Assembly (NCBI GenBank): GCA_004022145.1
Contig: RCNU01000002.1
Reading direction: 5' to 3' (one strand)
DNA from: Paecilomyces variotii
Taxonomy: Eukaryota
DNA length: 64,000 nucleotides
A program made the position numbers and the translations under genes. Below, piece by piece: positions 58,176-64,000 of this stretch (its first letter is position 1; the number at the start of each line of letters is the position of its first letter). The notes below the pieces were generated by a model. It saw only the letters and a program-made list of their open reading frames with translations. It did not search any database and was not told the DNA's origin.

Positions 58176-59971
58176 GAAAGAAAGTGTGACCGCCGTAAAG
58201 AGGAATGTGTTGAACGGTATGTGGCAATGTAAATTGCTCGACGGTCTGAAGGGGCGAGGTGTCTGCCATGTCAATCGCAAAAGTCAGTGTACGCGCACGA
58301 CCGGCGGTAAGCGTCGAGTACTTACCAGAGAGAGTGAGAGAGAAAGAGCTGTCTATTCACGAGGAGTGGTCTTCCTCGAATCAAGAAGTCGATTCCGTAT
58401 TCGGACTTTTGCTCTGGCTTTGCAGTTGATACCGTGACTGCGGCGAATGTGTTTCGTTGACGCCCGTTCGTACGTCATTCTGTTGTGTCCGAGTATTGAA
58501 ACAGCGGAGCGAGAGGTCTGTTCCTCAGAAGATGTGAAAGAACTCGGAATCGTTTTGAAAGAATCGACAAGTAGATGATGTGATCGTAAGATGTGATGGA
58601 CGTGAAGACTCGTTACCATGTCGGCGGCAATGGAAGTGAAACGGGTGTCGGTATCGATATGCAGCCAGTAGCCCGTTGTACATGCGCGTCGATAACATGG
58701 TCCTCTCAGGAGAAGGTCGGAAAGTGATGTGTGAATCCAGAAGAGAGAACAGTGGTGAGGAGAGAAGTGTTCCGAGTCAGTCCAGATGATAAAAATCAGG
58801 TGTGGTTCTTCGTGACGAGATATTCAATAGCGAGTTGAATGATGTGATGAGAACACGCGAATGTCTCGTTGACGAGGTTGCGAAGGTCGGAGAGAGATGT
58901 GAAGCCGACAAGATGACAGAGTATCGTGATCATCGTAGCAACCGTCGTAAGAAGTTAATATCGAATCAATCCGAAGTGTGGTGAAGGTAGACAAGGAGAT
59001 TCGATGGACACGCCAAGGAGGTTGTTGGTGAAATGATGAAAGCAAGTACAGAAGTCCGTAGACTACGGTAGTTGCGTTGTACCGATGTCAACCTCAGCTA
59101 AGTATCCTGAGAAGCCAGTGAACAGGATGTAGAAACCTCAGCTAGTCGAGATCGTCGAAATCAAGGCACCGTCAGGTTATCGTGCCGACCGACAAAAGAG
59201 CTCAACTTGACTGAGGCAAAGTGGTGTCCAGAAGGAATATGAAGAACCGTAAATCTGCGAAGCACGACAAGTCGATCGAAATAGCCTTGACCGGGACGAG
59301 CATGGAAACGAGCACCGTCCAAGGAGACAAGACGCAGATAGAAGATCGATCGCCGTCGTCGTGATATCGCAGGAGCCTTTCTTCGCGCCGTATTCATCGA
59401 GTAGAAAAAGAACAACGCTCAACATCATGACCTGCTGGCGCTATCGAAGAAAGGCTTGAAATCGTCGTAAATGCGGCCTGTCGCTCGGAGCTGCGACCTT
59501 GGACCCTCTAACAAGGGCAGACGAAAACAAGCAACAAAAGACAAAAGGCCTATACCGATCAAATGTTGACATCCGTCAGCTGTTGTCTCTATACTGGAAG
59601 CAGATTATGAAGACACTCACCTCCGTACCGCATTTACGAGCCGTACGTCAACTCACTCCCGAACTCCATCGGCAACCGTTGGTCTCCGTGACTGTAAATT
59701 GCTCCGCGTACCCAAATCGACGTGCACTCAGCCTGCAAAGGTCGTGGAAGACACATTGAGAAGCCCATCGACCTGGCCACTTCTCTACCTCACGAGTCCA
59801 CCCGCAACAAACTGAAGGGACAAGCCCGCGAGGTTCCGCCAGAGGGCAGACCCAATCAGCGGACCTGTATACAGTCTGCGCAAAGCAGATCGGAGGCCGG
59901 TCCATGACCAGGCGGGACAAGAGCTCAAGGTCCCAACCGACAATCGCAAGGCGAGATGCTGTACTAGCGAA

Positions 59972-61492
59972 CTAGTACCGCCGGTAAGGGCCGTTTGGAG
60001 GCATATACGGTCCGTACTGCCAGTTGTACGGCGCCGAGTACCCGTAATATGCCCCGTACTGAGGCCCCTGAGCAGGCCCGTAGGCACCAGCCGGAGCTGG
60101 ACCATACGGACCAGTCTGAGGTCCTCCGTAGGGGGCATAATACGGAGTCGGAGCCGGGCGAGGACCATAATGCCCATAACCCGGGCCATAGTAAGAAGAC
60201 GCCGCAGGTGCCATCACAGGCCCCAGGTTCGGCGTCCGCGCCGGAGGAGCACTGGGCACAGGAGAGGCTGGTGTCATCGCGGCAGACTGTTCGATCTCCG
60301 CGATCAGTTTCCCCTGCTTTTCCCTGAGTGCCCTCCTTTGTTGGCGCTTTCGCTTCATCTGGCTGGGTCTGTTCCTATGGCTGGCCGGGGCGGGCGCATC
60401 TTCTGCCCCTTGGACGACCTCAATTGCCGTCTGCTGATCTGAAGAGGCAAGATGCCTCTCCCAGTTCGCAGCTAGAGCGCACACGAACTGGAACACCATC
60501 ACTGGCGCCAGATTCTCCGGACGGCGAACCACAAGGGCCCACTGCCGGGGCAGACGGAAGCAAGAATCGTCCTCAGATACATCGGATGCGTCCAGGGACT
60601 TGGTCGTGAAGGACTCGACGGCGCCATCGGCGGTAGCAGTCGAGCCCGCAGTGGTGCAAGATTCCAGCTCTGGGAATGCCGCAACCGCCCGTCGTCGCTC
60701 GAGACGAGAGATGGCCTCCATCACCTTGCGGTGAATCCAGACATCCAACGACTCTTGCTTCGTTGGGGGAACAACAGACACAGAGCTGGTGGAAGTACCC
60801 GCTTGATACCCGGTAGAATCCCCCGAGATCAAGGCCTCATTTCCTTCGACCAGGGCAACCACCGCGTCGTACGCAGATGGCACACCGTCGGCCACAAGGT
60901 AGTGGGCTACCTTGGGTGAGGACCAAGAGTCGAGAAGACTCTCCAGGTTGTCAAGGGCCTCTTCCAGTTTGGAAGCACCAAGGGAAACAAGTCCCGTCCA
61001 GCGGGCCCAGGCGACAGCTACCAAACCCACAGCTAAGACCAAGTAACCAGACGCCGACAGGGTGAAAGACGAACCCGATACCGGTGGTTCGTCAGAGCTC
61101 GTGTTGCCACGAGATGACGCCCCGGTCTCGTCGTTACCCAGCCGGATAACCAGGCTGAGTCCTGTCTCCACGTCGGTTGGAGTCACGATCAGTTCCTTGG
61201 AGCCGTCATAGACGACTCCGCGGAAATACGCCTCCCCGTACCCAGGAGGAACATATGCAGAGACAAGCTCTGCCAGGTCGTAGACCCCTTTTGACAGGGT
61301 CGTCGCGTGCATGGCGCCGGATAGTCGCTTCACGAAACCCTCTGAGGGATCGCTCAGCAGTGGCACGGGCAGGAACGTGCCCCAGAGGGCCACAAGGGCG
61401 AAGATCCCAACGAATGGGAACAACATTCTGGTCAATACAGCTGTGAGACAAGTCAGAAAGGACGTCAAAACGAGGATAAGGAGAGATATCAT
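59972..61492 (-). CDS. Orphan intronless protein: N-terminal hydrophobic segments, internal TM-like segment, basic patch, Pro/Tyr/Gly-rich tail
   Basis: About 506-codon ORF from ATG 61492 (MISLLILVLTSFL...). Preceded on the minus strand by TTAAAATA and a CT-rich leader. No recognisable domain. Confidence 0.6.
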   Translation of the reverse strand: MISLLILVLTSFLTCLTAVLTRMLFPFVGIFALVALWGTFLPVPLLSDPSEGFVKRLSGAMHATTLSKGVYDLAELVSAYVPPGYGEAYFRGVVYDGSKELIVTPTDVETGLSLVIRLGNDETGASSRGNTSSDEPPVSGSSFTLSASGYLVLAVGLVAVAWARWTGLVSLGASKLEEALDNLESLLDSWSSPKVAHYLVADGVPSAYDAVVALVEGNEALISGDSTGYQAGTSTSSVSVVPPTKQESLDVWIHRKVMEAISRLERRRAVAAFPELESCTTAGSTATADGAVESFTTKSLDASDVSEDDSCFRLPRQWALVVRRPENLAPVMVFQFVCALAANWERHLASSDQQTAIEVVQGAEDAPAPASHRNRPSQMKRKRQQRRALREKQGKLIAEIEQSAAMTPASPVPSAPPARTPNLGPVMAPAASSYYGPGYGHYGPRPAPTPYYAPYGGPQTGPYGPAPAGAYGPAQGPQYGAYYGYSAPYNWQYGPYMPPNGPYRRY

Positions 61493-62044
61493 GATGATCC
61501 TCACGTGTATTGAACCAGAGAACAGAGAAATCTCGTAAGAGCAGGTCGTTGTGATGCTGTGGTGTGCGTTGCGTGCTGACTCGATGAGATGATGAGGAGA
61601 AGGAGAGAGAGAAGGAGAGAGAGAAGGAGGAAGAGGGACGAGGGGGGTATTTTAACATCGAGAACTTGCTGGGGGGGCTGGGGCCAGCATTCACTGTTTT
61701 GAAAGAAAAACTTCCCAGATTGGGTAGGAGTAACACATTATGAGGAACACATCAGGGGGGGAGGCCGCCGAGGTGAAGTGAATCGTTTTCTCGAGGCCCA
61801 GGTAGAACTATCAGGGGCAATGCGGAATGCCATACTGAATTGAAGGGCAGATATATAGGGGCTCACGAGATGCATAAGAAAAGGAGGAACACAATAGAAG
61901 AAACTCGAGTCACTGATACTTGAATCCATTCCTTTTATCGATTGAGAATCATAATAAAACGAAAAAAGAAACCGAACTCCGTCCCGTAGGTGCGCAGAAT
62001 ATTTGTGCGCGGAATATTTGCCATAGAACCTCGTAAAACCACTT

Positions 62045-62880
62045 TTAGTCGACGTCCATTTCCTCCTCGATACCACCATCCACCAGCATCCTGGTCTTCT
62101 TCTTCTGTCTGAGCCTCTCCTCGCCGTGGACTCTGGATGCAACCTTGGCAGAATCCGCCGCAAGAGGCTGGCCCTCTTCTCTGTCGCGCAGCTCCTTCCG
62201 GATGAGATGCTCGCCCTCTGCAACGACTTTCCTGTCTTCTTCCCGCTTGCGGTCCCGAGCCAGCTTGCCTGCCAATCTCCTCTTTGTGAACACGTGCTCT
62301 CTGCGTTGTCTGATCTCTTCCACTCTCTCCATAGCCTTGACAGTGGCAGCAACGAGGTTTCTGTCGTATCTGACGGGGACGTTCCTCCTCTTGGCGAACT
62401 GTGACAGCAGCAGAGACGAGTCGACGATCATCTCCTTGCCGTGCGCCGCACGGTGAGCCTTGGTCCACTTCAACTTGCGGGGTTGTCTCTTCATCTGTAG
62501 AAGGAAAATATATTAGTATCGGTTCGCGAGTAGGAATCTCCGGTATCAAACACAAGGGTACCTTAAAGTTCTTGTGGCATTTTGAAGAGCCTGTATCGAG
62601 TTCCGTCAGTTATAATGTCCCACGTCGACCTTGTCATAGACGGAGATCGGAACACTTACAAAATCTGAACTGTTTTGCATCGAGACGGCAGAAGGTAATA
62701 CCCTTGCTGGGGTAAACCGGCTTCGAACATATATGGCACGTTTCGACACTGGAATTCTCATCAGTCTTGCTAAATCTTTTTTTTCTCTTTCAATCGTCGA
62801 CACAAGATTTATGGCAGCACATGAGCGAACTTCCTGGTGCCATCCACAGCTCATGGAAATATGATATATACATACCGCAT
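62045..62880 (-). CDS. RLP24: Ribosome biogenesis protein RLP24 (4 exons)
   Basis: [67 protein letters not shown]...[10 protein letters not shown]; three canonical introns. Confidence 0.95.
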
Positions 62881-63195
62881 GATTAATTAACTAGCCCCTC
62901 GATGTGGGCTGACTTCCAGAAAGATATGTCGCTGTCGGAAGATTTTGTTATCGCGCCGTCAAAAAAGGTCAGTATAAACTTTCTCGAGGTTCGGATGTGG
63001 AGCAGCGATTTGGGGGTGACTGCGCTAACCCGAAAAGGGCCACGAAAGCGCCGCCGAACGGTCCGACTTTTATCTCCATCCAACTTCTTTGCGCTTCCGC
63101 GACTTCTTCCTCAGCTCTAAACAGTTATCTCCTGCTCAATCCCTTCGATTCCACGGCCTGTCGTTCGTATTAGCTTGTTATTGCATTTCTGAAAA

Positions 63196-63695
63196 ATGAC
63201 CTCCACTCTCGCTGTTGGTTTGGGTATCGCTACGGCCGCGTTTCTGGTGAGTAGACCTCGGATCTCCGAATTCGCCATCGGCTATTGTTCAAGGATTGGT
63301 TACTGATGGACCATCTTACAGGGCCGCGCAGGACTTGTCGCATTCCGCCGCTACAAGGGAGGCGTTAATGCTGCGGGTAAAGCGTACTATAAAGGGTATG
63401 ATGATACTGGTTGCAGCCAAGGATCGTCTTTTGACTAACATGAGCGCAGAGGCTTTGAACCGCGGATGACTCGTCGCGAAGCGTCTCTCATCCTGTCGCT
63501 CTCGTACGTTGACTCTCATATGTTCATTCGAGAGACATGTGCTGACTGCAGAATAGCGAGCGTACCCTGACGAAAGACAAGGTTCGAAAGAACCACCGCC
63601 AGCTGATGCTCCTCAACCACCCCGACCGAGGTGGAAGCCCATATCTGGCGACCAAGATCAACGAAGCAAAGGAACTTCTGGACAAGACCACCTAA
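63196..63695 (+). CDS. PAM18: Mitochondrial import motor J-protein PAM18/TIM14 (4 exons)
   Basis: [31 protein letters not shown]...[21 protein letters not shown]|...[31 protein letters not shown]; contains the HPD motif. Confidence 0.95.
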
Positions 63696-64000
63696 ACAGT
63701 CTTCGATTCGGGATTGGAGAAGAGATAATGCGGTTAAAGCGCGTATAGACTTGTATTATACGAGAGAGAGAGATGGCTTTTGTGGGTGCATAGCGTGGCG
63801 TTGGTTCTGGGTTTATGAAAATGGGACCTCTTCTATACTCTTATCGAGTCATGTTGGGAAGTTCTACTGGACTGTATCGAGATCGCCGCTCCTGATATAT
63901 TTTCCATCGTATATAATACGACCTTACGTTGAACGCTCATACTTGAGCCTCCAGCAATTCCATCATTCCTTGCATACTATTCTCCAATATCAGTAGAATC

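Noticed and set aside
62749-62875. Possible intronic snoRNA in RLP24 intron 1 (CATGAGC/GCTCATG stem)
   Set aside because: No properly placed C/D or H/ACA boxes; a 7-bp stem can arise by chance.

Overview
Eukaryotic DNA from a filamentous ascomycete. Short GT-AG introns with CTRAC-type branch sites and Aspergillus-like orthologues suggest Eurotiales; the species cannot be fixed from sequence alone. The core-gene backbone is: cobalamin-independent methionine synthase (MET6/metH), a conserved hypothetical protein, Yippee, a Zn-dependent MDR dehydrogenase, a 3-KH RNA-binding protein (Rnc1/Hek2-like), a GNAT, a DUF6536-like membrane protein, an Mto2/Spa18-like MTOC protein, a Pmp1/Msg5-type MAPK phosphatase, EFM4, a C2H2 TF, an intron-containing tRNA-Tyr(GTA), RLP24 and PAM18. 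The best candidate for a new system is a co-oriented accessory cluster at 33.3-41.9 kb. It contains a PhyH-type 2OG/Fe(II) dioxygenase, an M20 N-carbamoyl (ureido) hydrolase, an intronless diaminopropionate ammonia-lyase::M20 deacylase fusion, and a Cys6/homeobox/C2H2 TF. It reads as a catabolic route for N-carbamoyl/N-acyl 2,3-diaminopropionates (albizziine-type compounds), paralleling the bacterial ygeX/ygeY module; this function is inferred. Next to it are a GC hairpin and an AT-rich ~188-bp tandem repeat. Other notable items are a 69-aa SMP/LEA-like gene absent from the ORF track, a C-terminally decayed NACHT-ankyrin NLR, and an orphan membrane ORF with a Pro/Tyr/Gly tail. Exon boundaries were placed by eye and family calls come from recalled motifs, not from database searches.
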